Shown piece after piece: positions 12,552-27,972 of a stretch of DNA of 64,000 nucleotides. The position numbers were made by a program, and so were the translations under genes. Origin of the DNA: Eledone cirrhosa (Eukaryota); NCBI GenBank assembly GCA_964016885.1, contig OZ024747.1, positions 24,738,001 through 24,802,000 on the forward strand. The letters are read 5' to 3'. Under the pieces are notes generated by a model. The model was not told where the DNA came from. It was given only the letters and a program-made list of their open reading frames with translations, and made no database searches. How positions within the stretch are numbered: the first letter of the stretch is position 1; every line of letters starts with the position of its first letter.

Positions 12552-13443
12552 ATGGAAAAAGTTCAGAGAGCTTATACCACTATTAGCTGCTAAAGGGTTC
12601 TCACTAAAAATGAAAGGCAGGTTGTACGATGCCTGCATACGAACAGCAATGCTGCATGGCAGTGAGACCTGGGCATTGTGTGCAGAGGATATACGCAGAC
12701 TAGAGAGGAACGAAGCTTGCATGCTCCGCTGGATGTGTAACAGTAATATACGTGAACGGCAAAGCATAAACGAACTAAGGAATAAATTAGAGATAAGAGG
12801 GATCAGATGTTGTTTACTCGAGAGAAGGCTACGTTGGTATGGACACGTGATGCGCATGAAAGTCGATAGCTGTATAACAAAGTGCAGGGCAATAAAGATA
12901 GACGGTAGTCACGGAATAGGCAGACCTAGAAAAACCTGGGACGAGCTGATAAACTCCGACATCACACACTTACACCTCTCCAAGACAATGTCACTGGACC
13001 GAGACCTTTGGCGGTACTCAGTAACAGAGAAGACCCGCCTTACCTAAATATATAGTAAAACCTACTCCAGCCAGTAGGCATCTCTAACAAATACACCCCG
13101 TCCCACCACCCCCACCCGATCCACACCACCCCGTTCTATGTAAAGTTATGTTGGTGCCGCGCCATCGAGGCCGAAACAAATGAGATCGTGTAGGTGTCAC
13201 GACAAAAAAAACACACAGTCCACGCTGTAATGTGGCCGTGTAGGCAACACGGTAAAAACCTCCCAGACCCACACTGTAAATGTGGTTGGTGTTAGGAAGG
13301 GCATCCAACTGTAGAAAACCTGCCAGACAGTCCTATGCGAGCAAGACAATCACTCTTGCCTCAAGTGGGACTACCCCCGTCCAAACCCATGCAAGCATGG
13401 AACACGGACGTTAAACGTTGATGATGATGATGATGATGATGAT
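12552..13443 (+). mobile_element. RTE LINE (PHD-finger family), 3' part
   Basis: ORF 12610-13047 has MLHGSETW, RLRWYGHVMRM and GRPRKTW. 3' UTR ends in (GAT)n. Homologous to 38447-39324. Confidence 0.88.
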
Positions 13444-13500
13444 ATATATATATATAAATATATATATATAGATATATATATATATAAATATATATATATG

Positions 13501-13697
<197 letters not shown>

Positions 13698-13879
13698 ATG
13701 TATTTCTAACTGAGGAAGTATGTTTGTCAGAGGTCATTGTTATTTATACCCAGGTCAGTTGCTGATCACAAGCATTCCAGCTTTGACCACCCCATCTTCT
13801 ATTTTCGTGTTTTACTATTCTTTATACATAGAGTGACTAGAACAACAACATTATCCAACATGTCTTTCCTATGTTCATT

Positions 13880-14780
13880 TTAAATCGTCATCGTTGTTTT
13901 CTTCTTCTTCTTTGCCCACTTTTTCTTGAGAGGGTCGTAGGAGCAGAGTCCCCAAACACTCCTTCCAGCAGTTCCTGTCAGAAGCAATCGTTTCCAACTG
14001 ATCTGCCTGGATTGCCAAGCGTGACCAGCCAAGCTCATGGATGTTATCCAACTATCTTGCTCAGGGTCTACCTCTGCGTCTCCTGCCAGTTGGTTTTGCC
14101 TGTAAAATCTGTCCCGCGATTTTTTCTTGAGACATTCTAACCCCATGCTCAAAGTACCGGAACTGTGATCTCTCAATTTGGAGAAGTAGCGGCATTACTT
14201 AGAGCGACACTCTGATTTCCAAGCTACACAATCTATCAAGTAACGTTACCCTAAAGACCCTTTGGAGGAACCCCATTTCAGTAGCTTGTATTCATGGTCA
14301 CCTTCTTTCTGTCATTACCTAAGATTCATGACCATAGGTAAGGTTTGGCACAATTACCAAATTGAAAATAGGAAGTTTGGCTCTTACATCTACCTTCCTT
14401 CTTCTGATTACCAAATGCTGAAGCTGGTGCATTAATGCATCAGCTCCTATAATTCTTGCACTTAATTCAGCCTCCTGCTTTCCATCACTTGTGAACACAG
14501 CTCTGAGATACTTGAACTTCTCCACCTGCTTCAGTAGAGCTCTCTTCACATGTAGGGTGCACTACACAGGCTTCCTTGAGAGGAGGAGTGTCTCAGTTTT
14601 CGCAACACTGATTTTCATTCCCGCAGTCAGCATCAAACCTATCAAGTGCAAGTCAGAGATCAGTTTTTATCAAGTTAAGTAATAACATGCCATATGCAAA
14701 TTTAAGCTAACTGATTCTATACTTGCCAGTCATGATAACACTTCCAGCTTGGCTGCGCATGTCAATCCTGTTCATGAAAA
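13880..14780 (-). mobile_element. Old RTE LINE remnant
   Basis: Minus-strand peptide QVEKFKYL...FTSDGK...ELSARI...PNLTYGHES, followed by a decayed C-terminus and an (AAG/GAT)-like tail. Confidence 0.7.
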
Positions 14781-14949
14781 TAAAGAGAGCATCCGTGGTT
14801 CTTCTACCTGGCACAAAGACAAACTACATTTCATCTAGATAATCGGTCTCTAATTAGTTGTGCAATAACTCTTTCTGTGACCTTCATGACCTGGTCAACT
14901 AACTTAATGCCTCTATAGTTTCCATGGAAACTATGGAGTGGGTAGACCC

Positions 14950-15197
14950 ATGACAAAAAAACACCCAGTCCACACTGTAAAGTGGTCGTGTGGGAGACAT
15001 GGTAAAAAGGCTCTCAGTCCAAACTGTAAATGTGGTTAGCATTAGGAAGGGCATCCAGCCATAGAAAACCTGCCAAAAAGAGTTCTATACAAGCAAGACA
15101 TGGTCACCCGACCAATCTTGCCTCAAGTGGGACAAACCCGTCCAACCCATTCTAGCGTGGAAGATGGACGTTAAACGATGATGATGATGACGACGAT
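14950..15197 (+). mobile_element. RTE-type 3' UTR fragment with (GAT)n tail
   Basis: Matches 13200-13443. Confidence 0.75.
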
Positions 15198-15266
15198 GTG
15201 TGTGTGTGACCAGTGGCATACTAATTGTTTATTTGTACACTAAGACTACATTCATACTTTACTAAA

Positions 15267-15450
15267 TAATTGTTTCTACTTTAGGCACAAGGCTAGCAAT
15301 TATCCAGTGCATTACTGGTACTTTATTTGATCGACCCCGTAAGGATGAAAGGCAAAGTCAACCTCGGTGGGATTTGAACTCAGATCGTAAAGGGACGTAA
15401 CTATGCGTCAAAGCATGGCGTCCGACCCTCTACCGATACTGCCAATCCAC
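15267..15450 (-). mobile_element. SINE family A with TSD
   Basis: Target-site duplication ATACTTTACTAAATAA at about 15254 and 15453. Confidence 0.85.
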
Positions 15451-16259
15451 AATATACTTTACTAAATAACAGGAGTTGTTATTAAATCATTCCATTTGCC
15501 ATACTTCTGTGAACAAACTTTCTTGATATTGTTTACCATTTCTACATAGGGACACTTCTTAAGGGGTTTGCTTCACAAATACATAATTGTGGGTTCAGTC
15601 CTATTGTGTGGTACCTTGAGTAAGTGTCTTCTATTAGAGAAAAGTGTATAAGAACAAATAAAAGTAATTTTGTTACTGAACAATAAACTTTCTTACCATT
15701 TCTACAAAGAGGCAGGCATGGCTGTGGGGTTAAAGAGTTTTCTCTGCTGCTGTGTAGTTTAAATTTCAGTTGTATTCTGTGTCACCTTGGGAGAGTGTCT
15801 TTTCCTATAGAAGAATAAAAGAAACAAGTGAAATAATTATTATATTCAACATAACCAAAAAAATGGAAGAAAAAAAAAAGATAAAACAAGTCTAAATATT
15901 TAAATGGAACAAACTACCTGCATCAGTTATTAGCTGTCAGGGCACTGTATCCTTCAAAACTTCCATGCTTCCCAAAATTAGCCAACACTACACCTGATAT
16001 CCCCACTCCATACACATGAGTGCATGTATCTGTGTGTATATCATGACTGACTCATACACTGTTCACTTTCCTGACATTTTTACATTATTCTATATACTAT
16101 ACATGCACCTTTAATAAGTTGTAGTGCACCTGAGCACTGTACACAATGATTTTCATTATATTATATTAGATATTTCTCTTATTCGTTTTTTTTTATATTG
16201 ATTTACTTTCTACTACATATTAGACATGCACTATAACAATATAGCAATTATATGCACAA

Positions 16260-16605
16260 CGATATATACTACACCTATATCCAGCTATATTCACTAGAAC
16301 GTATAGGGATTATATATACATCTATATACACTAGAACTCTATAGAAATTATATATACACCTATATACAGTAGAACTCTATAGAAATTATATATACACCTA
16401 TACATACTCTAACTCTGTAGAAATAATATATGTAGCTATACACACTAGAGCATATAGAAATCCTATACAGCTGTATACACGAGAACCTATACAAATTATA
16501 TACACTAGACTACCTACACAACTATATACACTAGACTATATAGAAATCATATATACAGCTATATACACTATAGGAATATAAAAAGTATATAGAAATTATA
16601 TACAC
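16260..16605. repeat. Degenerate ~36-bp minisatellite
   Basis: Recurring TATATACACCTATATACACTAGAACTCTATAGAAAT-like units. Confidence 0.65.
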
Positions 16606-16778
16606 AATGTACTGAATAGCTTCTATCTGTAGTCAGAGTGATAATGATAATTCAATTTAATAATTTTGTGGTTTAAACCATGAAAAAACAAAAGATGAGA
16701 GGAGATAATTATAGATATCATCATTCAGCATCAGAATATTAAATTTTGAAATAACAACCCACTATTTGTTGATTGCAT

Positions 16779-16836
<58 letters not shown>

Positions 16837-16858
16837 TAACATCCTCTTTCTCTCTCTA

Positions 16859-16911
<53 letters not shown>

Positions 16912-17735
16912 TCCTCTCTCTCTCTCACACACACACACATACAAATCCTCTCTGTCTCTCTGTCTCTCTCACACACACACACATACACACATGCATATAT
17001 ACATTCTCAACCTCCCCCTCTTTCTTACACATACATATACATACACACACACACCCGCTCTCTCACACACACATAGACTCTCTCTTTCACATACATAGAC
17101 ACACATACACACACACTCTTTCTCCCTTTCTCTTTTCCACTCTTTGTTATAGACACACACACACTCACACACACACACACACACTCACACACTCATATAT
17201 ATATATGGACGTGTGCACTCATATTATGACACTTACTCTCTCTCTTTCTCTCTCTCTCCCTCTCTCCCTCTCTCCCTCTCTCCCTCTCTCCCTCTGTCTC
17301 TCTCTCTCTCTCTCTCTCTTTCATCAGTGAAACCACATGTTTTAACATAAGCAATGAATATGTACATGTAGCCCACACTAAAGTACTTGTTCACATGTCT
17401 GGATTGTTGCTATGGTTACAAACATAAACATCCTCGCTATCACCATCATTACATTATCATCACCATCATCACCAATAATACCACCACCATCACCATCCCC
17501 ATCATCATCACCATAACTACCATCAACATCATCAATACTATCACCATCATCACCATAACTACCATCAACATCATCAATACTATCACCATCATCACCACCA
17601 TCATCACAATCATGATCCCCAACAACTCCATCATCACCATCATAACCACCAATAGTACCATCACCACCACCACCACCATCATGACCACCATCATCCACCC
17701 CATCACTATCATCACCATCATCACCACCACCACCA

Positions 17736-20700
17736 TTAACACCTGTCTAAACACCTCAATTATACACAGCACCTCCTACACACATACTCAGCCACCCAGT
17801 TAACACCTGTCTAAACACCTCAATTATACACAGCACCTCCTACACACATACTCAGCCACCCAGTTAACACCTGTCTAAACACCTCAATTATACACATCAC
17901 CTCCTACACACATACCCAGCCACCCAGTTAACACCTGTCTAAACACCTCAATTATACACAGCACCTCCTACACACATACCCAGCCACCCAGTTAACACCT
18001 GTCTAAACACCTCAATTATACACAGCACCTCCTACACACATACTCAGCCACCCAGTTAACACCTGTCTAAACACCTCAATTATACACAGCACCTCCTACA
18101 CACATACTCAGCCACCCAGTTAACACCTGTCTAAACACCTCAATTATACACATCACCTCCTACACACATACCCAGCCACCCAGTTAACACCTGTCTAAAC
18201 ACCTCAATTATACACAGCACCTCCTACACACATACCCAGCCACCCAGTTAACACCTGTCTAAACACCTCAATTATACACAGCACCTCCTACACACATACC
18301 CAGCCACCCAGTTAACACCTGTCTAAACACCTCAATTATACACATCACCTCCTACACACATACCCAGCCACCCAGTTAACACCTGTCTAAACACCTCAAT
18401 TATACACAGCACCTCCTACACACATACTCAGCCACCCAGTTAACACCTGTCTAAACACCTCAATTATACACAGCACCTCCTACACACATACTCAGCCACC
18501 CAGTTAACACCTGTCTAAACACCTCAATTATACACATCACCTCCTACACACATACTCAGCCACCCAGTTAACACCTGTCTAAACACCTCAATTATACACA
18601 TCACCTCCTACACACATACTCAGCCACCCAGTTAACACCTGTCTAAACACCTCAATTATGCACAGCACCTCCTACACACATACCCAGCCACCCAGTTAAC
18701 ACCTGTCTAAACACCTCAATTATACACAGCACCTCCTACACACATACTCAGCCACCCAGTTAACACCTGTCTAAACACCTCAATTATACACAGCACCTCC
18801 TACACACATACTCAGCCACCCAGTTAACACCTGTCTAAACACCTCAATTATACACATCACCTCCTACACACATACCCAGCCACCCAGTTAACACCTGTCT
18901 AAACACCTCAATTATACACAGCACCTCCTACACACATACCCAGCCACCCAGTTAACACCTGTCTAAACACCTCAATTATACACAGCACCTCCTACACACA
19001 TACCCAGCCACCCAGTTAACACCTGTCTAAACACCTCAATTATACACATCACCTCCTACACACATACCCAGCCACCCAGTTAACACCTGTCTAAACACCT
19101 CAATTATACACAGCACCTCCTACACACATACTCAGCCACCCAGTTAACACCTGTCTAAACACCTCAATTATGCACAGCACCTCTTACACACATACCCAGC
19201 CACCCAGTTAACACCTGTCTAAACACCTCAATTATACACAGCACCTCCTACACATACTCAGCCACCCAGTTAACACCTGTCTAAACACCTCAATTATACA
19301 CAGCACCTCCTACACACATACCCAGCCACCCAGTTAACACCTGTCTAAACACCTCAATTATACACAGCACCTCCTACACACATACCCAGCCACCCAGTTA
19401 ACACCTGTCTAAACACCTCAATTATACACAGCACCTCCTACACACATACCCAGCCACCCAGTTAACACTTGTCTAAACATCTCAATTATACACAGCACCT
19501 CCTACACACATACCCAGCCACCCAGTTAACACCTGTCTAAACACCTCAATTATACACAGCACCTCCTACACACATACCCAGCCACCCAGTTAACACCTGT
19601 CTAAACACCTCAATTATACACAGCACCTCCTACACACATACCCAGCCACCCAGTTAACACCTGTCTAAACACCTCAATTATACACAGCACCTCCTACACA
19701 TACCCAGCCACCCAGTTAACACCTGTCTAAACACCTCAATTATACACAGCACCTCCTACACATATCCAGCCACCCAGTTAACACCTGTCTAAACACCTCA
19801 ATTATACACATCACCTCCTACACACATACTCAGCCACCCAGTTAACACCTGTCTAAACACCTCAATTATATACAGCACCTCCTACACACATACTCAGCCA
19901 CCCAGTTAACACCTGTCTAAACACCTCAATTATACACAGCACCTCCTACACATACCCAGCCACCCAGTTAACACCTGTCTAAACACCTCAATTATACACA
20001 GCACCTCCTACACATACCCAGCCACCCAGTTAACACCTGTCTAAACACCTCAATTATACACAGCACCTCCTACACATATCCAGCCACCCAGTTAACACCT
20101 GTCTAAACACCTCAATTATACACATCACCTCCTACACACATACTCAGCCACCCAGTTAACACCTGTCTAAACACCTCAATTATATACAGCACCTCCTACA
20201 CACATACTCAGCCACCCAGTTAACACCTGTCTAAACACCTCAATTATACACATCACCTCCTACACACATACTCAGCCACCCAGTTAACACCTGTCTAAAC
20301 ACCTCAATTATATACAGCACCTCCTACACACATACTCAGCCACCCAGTTAACACCTGTCTAAACACCTCAATTATACACATCACCTCCTACACACATACT
20401 CAACCACCCAGTTAACACCTGTCTAAACACCTCAATTATATACAGCACCTCCTACACACATACTCAGCCACCCAGTTAACACCTGTCTAAACACCTCAAT
20501 TATACACATCACCTCCTACACACATACCCAGCCACCCAGTTAACACTTGTCTAAACACCTCAATTATACACAGCACCTCCTACACACATACCCAGCCACC
20601 CAGTTAACACCTGTCTAAACACCTCAATTATACACAGCACCTCCTACACACATACCCAGCCACCCAGTTAACACCTGTCTAAACACCTCAATTATACACA

Positions 20701-21129
20701 GCACCTCCTACACATATCCAGCCACCCAGTTAACACCTGTCTAAACACCTCAATTATACACAGCACCTCCTACACATACCCAGCCACCCAGTTAACACCT
20801 GTCTAAACACCTCAATTATACACAGCACCTCCTACACATATCCAGCCACCCAGTTAACACCTGTCTAAACACCTCAATTATACACATCACCTCCTACACA
20901 CATACTCAGCCACCCAGTTAACACCTGTCTAAACACCTCAATTATATACAGCACCTCCTACACACATACTCAGCCACCCAGTTAACACCTGTCTAAACAC
21001 CTCAATTATACACATCACCTCCTACACACATACTCAGCCACCCAGTTAACACCTGTCTAAACACCTCAATTATATACAGCACCTCCTACACACATACTCA
21101 GCCACCCAGTTAACACCTGTCTAAACACC
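17736..21129. repeat. 64-bp tandem satellite (~53 copies)
   Basis: Unit TTAACACCTGTCTAAACACCTCAATTATACACAGCACCTCCTACACACATAC(T/C)CAGCCACCCAG. Period 64, with some 62-bp variants. Confidence 0.97.
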
Positions 21130-21210
21130 GTGATTATATACAACACCTACATACACCTGTTGACACCTTTCTAAACAACAGTCATATACAACATTCACAT
21201 GCACCCACCC

Positions 21211-24200
21211 TTTTAACACCTGCCTAAACACCCACATACAAACACACTGTCACCCTTTTAACACCTGCCTAAACACCCACATACAAACACACTGTCACCC
21301 TTTTAACACCTGCCTAAACACCCACATACAAACACACTGTCACCCTTTTAACACCTGCCTAAACACCCACATACAAACACACTGTCACCCTTTTAACACC
21401 TGCCTAAACACCCACATACAAACACACTGTCACCCTTTTAACACCTGCCTAAACACCCACATACAAACACACTGTCACCTTTTTAACACCTGCCTAAACA
21501 CCCACATACAAACACACTGTCGCCCTTTTAACACCTGCCTAAACACCCACATACAAACACACTGTCACCCTTTTAACACCTGCCTAAACACCCACATACA
21601 AACACACTGTCACCCTTTTAACACCTGCCTAAACACCCACATACAAACACACTGTCACCCTTTTAACACCTGCCTAAACACCCACATACAAACACACTGT
21701 CACCCTTTTAACACCTGCCTAAACACCCACATACAAACACACTGTCGCCCTTTTAACACCTTCCTAAACACCCACATACAAACACACTGTCACCCTTTTA
21801 ACACCTGCCTAAACACCCACATACAAACACACTGTCACCCTTTTAACACCTGCCTAAACACCCACATACAAACACACTGTCACCTTTTTAACACCTGCCT
21901 AAACACCCACATACAAACACACTGTCACCCTTTTAACACCTTCCTAAACACCCACATACAAACACACTGTCACCCTTTTAACACCTGCCTAAACACCCAC
22001 ATACAAACACACTGTCACCCTTTTAACACCTGCCTAAACACCCACATACAAACACACTGTCACCCTTTTAACACCTGCCTAAACACCCACATACAAACAC
22101 ACTGTCACCCTTTTAACACCTGCCTAAACACCCACATACAAACACACTGTCACCTTTTTAACACCTGCCTAAACACCCACATACAAACACACTGTCACCC
22201 TTTTAACACCTGCCTAAACACCCACATACAAACACACTGTCACCCTTTTAACACCTGCCTAAACACCCACATACAAACACACTGTCACCCTTTTAACACC
22301 TGCCTAAACACCCACATACAAACACACTGTCACCCTTTTAACACCTGCCTAAACACCCACATACAAACACACTGTCACCTTTTTAACACCTGCCTAAACA
22401 CCCACATACAAACACACTGTCACCCTTTTAACACCTGCCTAAACACCCACATACAAACACACTGTCACCCTTTTAACACCTGCCTAAACACCCACATACA
22501 AACACACTGTCACCCTTTTAACACCTGCCTAAACACCCACATACAAACACACTGTCACCCTTTTAACACCTGCCTAAACACCCACATACAAACACACTGT
22601 CACCTTTTTAACACCTGCCTAAACACCCACATACAAACACACTGTCACCCTTTTAACACCTGCCTAAACACCCACATACAAACACACTGTCACCCTTTTA
22701 ACACCTGCCTAAACACCCACATACAAACACACTGTCACCCTTTTAACACCTGCCTAAACACCCACATACAAACACACTGTCACCTTTTTAACACCTGCCT
22801 AAACACCCACATACAAACACACTGTCGCCCTTTTAACACCTGCCTAAACACCCACATACAAACACACTGTCACCCTTTTAACACCTGCCTAAACACCCAC
22901 ATACAAACATACTGTCACCCTTTTAACACCTGCCTAAACACCCACATACAAACACACTGTCACCCTTTTAACACCTGCCTAAACACCCACATACAAACAC
23001 ACTGTCACCCTTTTAACACCTGCCTAAACACCCACATACAAACACACTGTCACCCTTTTAACACCTGCCTAAACACCCACATACAAACACACTGTCACCT
23101 TTTTAACACCTGCCTAAACACCCACATACAAACACACTGTCACCCTTTTAACACCTGCCTAAACACCCACATACAAACACACTGTCACCCTTTTAACACC
23201 TGCCTAAACACCCACATACAAACACACTGTCACCCTTTTAACACCTGCCTAAACACCCACATACAAACACACTGTCACCTTTTTAACACCTGCCTAAACA
23301 CCCACATACAAACACACTGTCACCCTTTTAACACCTGCCTAAACACCCACATACAAACAGACTGTCACCCTTTTAACACCTGCCTAAACACCCACATACA
23401 AACACACTGTCACCCTTTTAACACCTGCCTAAACACCCACATACAAACACACTGTCACCTTTTTAACACCTGCCTAAACACCCACATACAAACACACTGT
23501 CACCCTTTTAACACCTGCCTAAACACCCACATACAAACACACTGTCACCCTTTTAACACCTGCCTAAACACCCACATACAAACACACTGTCACCCTTTTA
23601 ACACCTGCCTAAACACCCACATACAAACACACTGTCACCTTTTTAACACCTGCCTAAACACCCACATACAAACACACTGTCGCCCTTTTAACACCTGCCT
23701 AAACACCCACATACAAACACACTGTCACCCTTTTAACACCTGCCTAAACACCCACATACAAACACACTGTCGCCCTTTTAACACCTGCCTAAACACCCAC
23801 ATACAAACACACTGTCACCTTTTTAACACCTGCCTAAACACCCACATACAAACACACTGTCACCCTTTTAACACCTTCCTAAACACCCACATACAAACAC
23901 ACTGTCACCCTTTTAACACCTGCCTAAACACCCACATACAAACACACTGTCACCCTTTTAACACCTGCCTAAACACCCACATACAAACACACTGTCGCCC
24001 TTTTAACACCTGCCTAAACACCCACATACAAACACACTGTCACCCTTTTAACACCTTCCTAAACACCCACATACAAACACACTGTCACCCTTTTAACACC
24101 TGCCTAAACACCCACATACAAACACACTGTCACCCTTTTAACACCTTCCTAAACACCCACATACAAACACACTGTCACCCTTTTAACACCTGCCTAAACA

Positions 24201-24658
24201 CCCACATACAAACACACTGTCACCCTTTTAACACCTTCCTAAACACCCACATACAAACACACTGTCACCCTTTTAACACCTGCCTAAACACCCACATACA
24301 AACACACTGTCACCCTTTTAACACCTTCCTAAACACCCACATACAAACACACTGTCACCCTTTTAACACCTGCCTAAACACCCACATACAAACACACTGT
24401 CACCCTTTTAACACCTGCCTAAACACCCACATACAAACACACTGTCACCCTTTTAACACCTGCCTAAACACCCACATACAAACACACTGTCACCCTTTTA
24501 ACACCTGCCTAAACACCCACATACAAACACACTCTGTCACCCTATTAACACCTGCCTAAACACCCACATACAAACACACTCTGTCACCCTATTAACACCT
24601 GCCTAAACACCCACATACAAACACACTCTGTCACCCTATTAACACCTGCCTAAACACC
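21211..24658. repeat. 45-bp tandem satellite (~76 copies)
   Basis: Unit TTTTAACACCTGCCTAAACACCCACATACAAACACACTGTCACCC. Period 45; the last three units are 47 bp. Confidence 0.97.
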
Positions 24659-25465
24659 TCAATTATATACAATACACCTTTGACAATACACTTCTCTTCC
24701 TAGTGTTAATAAATAACCACTTCTTAAAAACACCTGCCTTCCACACCTGCCTAAGTACCTCAATTATATATATAATACACCTCTGACAACATACTTCTCA
24801 TTCCAGTGTTAATTAATTGCTTTAACACACCTGTTGATGATACCTAATTAAAATACCTTCTTCTTTTTATTTCTCAATATATTGCTACCATTAATTGCAG
24901 TAACATCCATCTCCTCATCACTATCTCCACTACTATCATCTCCATCATCACCAGCAGCAGCAGCAGCACTAACAATGCTACCACCACCACTACCATCATT
25001 ATTATCAGCATCACTTTCATCAGTACCACCATCAACAGCATTATCACTGTCATCATTATCACCACCACTGCCATCATCATCCTCCATTATCATCATCATC
25101 ATCATCTTCATAATCATCATTATCACTACCATCAGCAGCATTATTCATCATCGCCATCATCATCATCATTATCATCATCCTTATCACCACCACTGCCATC
25201 ATCATCATTATCATCATCATTATCACCACCAGTGCCATCTCCATATCAACGTCATGCTCATCATCATCATTCTCCTCGAGTAAATATTTGATCTCAGTTA
25301 CAACAGTAGGAAATGCAGTAGTATGTACTATCACTGACAATTGTATAGAATCTCATAATGACAAACTATATTTTAGTTAATTAATGAAGAATTCGCAAGG
25401 ATTTACTAAGATTATTAATTATTTCATTATTAAAATAATATTTCTAACATCACTTAAGAAAAAAC

Positions 25466-25647
25466 TCTTTTATAAAATTGTGTTGGAAGATTTTAATTTA
25501 AATAGGAACCCTTGTTTCAAAGAATTAGAGCTTACTTTGGAGTATGTTGGTATCAAAAGGGTCACTTTCAGTTCTATTAAGCAAGGCTTAAATTTTAAAA
25601 GGGTTCCTGTTTAAATTAAAATCTTCCTGCATAATTTTATATAAGAA
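25466..25647. repeat. Inverted repeat, probably a MITE remnant
   Basis: GGAAGATTTTAATTTAAATAGGAACCCT pairs with AGGGTTCCTGTTTAAATTAAAATCTTCC. Confidence 0.55.
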
Positions 25648-26734
25648 CCTTTCTAATGAAAATAAAAAGGAATCAATTGTCAGCTCAGACCTATGTTTCC
25701 ATTGTTAATACTATTAGCTGGTTGCAACTGCTAGTAGAAGGTGGTGCGATTTGAACTCAGAATTCAATAGCAAAATATAATATTTTAATCTTAGTGAAAG
25801 CACCAAAAGTTGTGATAATGCTGTCAGTCACAACCTGTACATAAGCACACAGATACTTGAGCTATAAAAAATTACAGCTTTTTTTCTGGTCCAGTGAACA
25901 GCTTAACTCTTCTAATACCACGAATTTGTAAGAGTTCTTACTTAAATTAAAATCTCCCAACATAACTTTGTATAATATCATCTTAATTTTATTAAATCTC
26001 TCTAAATTAATTCAAAAGATATATATTTCATTATAAATATGGTAATAGGAGAATAAAAGGTGTATGAAATTGGCACATTCTTCTCTAATGAGATATACAA
26101 TATTCAGTTTGGCAGCACCAAATGACAAGAAGCTCCGCAGCTTTCCTAATAGTTAAGGTGGCTTTAACTTTCAAGTAGATACGGTGGCCTTGACATTCAG
26201 ATAGTTACTGTGGCCTTGGATTTCAGTTCCCTGTTATATTGGCATTGCCAGCATTGCTTTCCTCACTGGTCTTCTGATGTACCTTATCAACAAGGTTCTC
26301 CACAGTGCCACAAAGTACTCGCTATACAGAACCATTTTGTGACACTGAAGTACATAACACAAATCACAGAGCACATACAAAATATATTTACCACCTAACA
26401 AAATAACACAACTCATATTGTAGCAACCTCATTTTGTTTTGTTAAAACATTATCTCGTACAATGAGCTCAAGACAAGCTATCAAACTTCTGTTATGCTAC
26501 GCAAGTACTCCATTGGGAGGGGAGTAATGTAACAACCTCATTTCATTTCATTAAAACATTTCAGTTCAAACTTTTTAATTCCAAGTTGGATAACTCTTAC
26601 TACTTCCTTTTTTTTGTCGTTCCTAGACACGTAAATGGACACAAACACAGGTCATGAAGAAATGCTCTGCCTATTCACCGAACTACAACAGATATTGTAT
26701 TATATTGTATTATCATTATTTTTATATGTGAAAA

Positions 26735-26923
26735 GGGCGGTGGATTGGCAGTATCGGTAGAGGGTCGGACGCCATGCTTTCCAGCATAGTTACGTCCCTT
26801 TACGATCTGAGTTCAAATCCCGCCGAGGTTGACTTTGCCTTTCATCCTTATGGGGTCGATAAAATAAAGTACCAGTAATGCACTGGGTAATTGCTGGCCT
26901 TGTGCCTAAAGTAGAAACAATTA
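26735..26923 (+). mobile_element. Full-length SINE family A with TSD
   Basis: A-box-like TGGCAGTATCGG and B-box GAGTTCAAATCC. TSD ATTATTTTTATATGTGAA on both sides. Confidence 0.9.
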
Positions 26924-27229
26924 TTTTTATATGTGAATAAAGATATTCCAAATCATCCTGCCCGCTGTTAAGTGTCAGCGAAATCTTACAATATTATCAT
27001 CGTTCTACACAATAGAAGAAACACTAAACTAGCACCAGAAACAAGAAGCTGAACTCCATTACAAAGCAAAACAGATGTAGTTATACTAACACAGACTTAT
27101 AACTCCAAAACACATGATACTGCACATACCTCAGTAACTCAGAGGCACACCTAGAGTTAATAGCAAAAGGGTGAAACTGTAGCTAAAGACAACAACATTC
27201 CTAGCAGTAATCTGTGATGGCTTTAGAGT

Positions 27230-27638
27230 TATGAGGGTCAGTTGAAAAGTTCATAGGCTGACTATGAAAGATTGATGCTAGAGCTGTGAAATCCTGCATG
27301 CATTATTTTCAATTCTTCAGGGCAGTGGATTGATAGTATCAGTAGAGCATCAGACACCATGCTTTGCAGCATAGAGTTATGGCCCTTTAAGTTCTGAGTT
27401 CAAATCCTGCCGAGGTTAACTTTACCTTTCATCCTTAAAGGGTCGATAAAATAAAGCACCAGTAATGCACTGGGGGTAATTACTGGCCTTGTGCCAAAAG
27501 TAGAAACAATTATTTTCAACTCTTCTTATTAATAACTCCATTGTTTCTTTCCAGGGACTATGTTGAAAAATAAACTTCATTTGGTCATTCCATGAGAGTA
27601 TCTTGGGCAGTCTATGAACTTTTCAGCTGACACATGTA
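27230..27638. mobile_element. Tc1/mariner-like MITE interrupted by a family A SINE (27320-27512)
   Basis: TIRs GTCAGTTGAAAAGTTCATAG / CTATGAACTTTTCAGCTGAC with TA at the ends. The nested SINE has TSD ATTATTTTCAA(T/C)TCTTC. Confidence 0.75.
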
Positions 27639-27689
27639 TAAAGGATGTGGTTGATTTTTGTACTTCCATCAGTTTTGACAACAAGTCCT

Positions 27690-27972
27690 TCAGTTGTTTC
27701 AACAGAACAGACTACTCAAGATATTTCACATGTATGTGACTGAGTATTCCACAGATATATACACTCCTAACGTAGTTCTTGGCACAGTGTGTAAGTGACA
27801 CAGTGGGTAAGTGGCACAGTGCGTAAGTAGGCTCATTTTTGCCAGTTGAGTAGACTGGAGCAACATAAAATAAAGTCACTTGCTCAAGGACACAATGTGC
27901 TGTTAGGAATTAAAATCATGACCTTGTTATCATGAGCCAAACACCCTAACCACTAAGCCGTGCACCTTCACT
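27690..27972 (-). mobile_element. SINE family B
   Basis: Homologous to 4790-5090. Confidence 0.65.

Noticed and set aside
17378-17803. Asp/Gly-, Thr/Ile- or His-rich ORFs (also at 24848-25340 and 29607-29855)
   Set aside because: Degenerate (CAT/CAC)n trinucleotide repeats that are open in several frames on both strands.
17736-24658. CRISPR-like appearance of a constant 20-nt core
   Set aside because: Spacers are identical within each array, there are no cas genes, and the context is eukaryotic. These are satellites.
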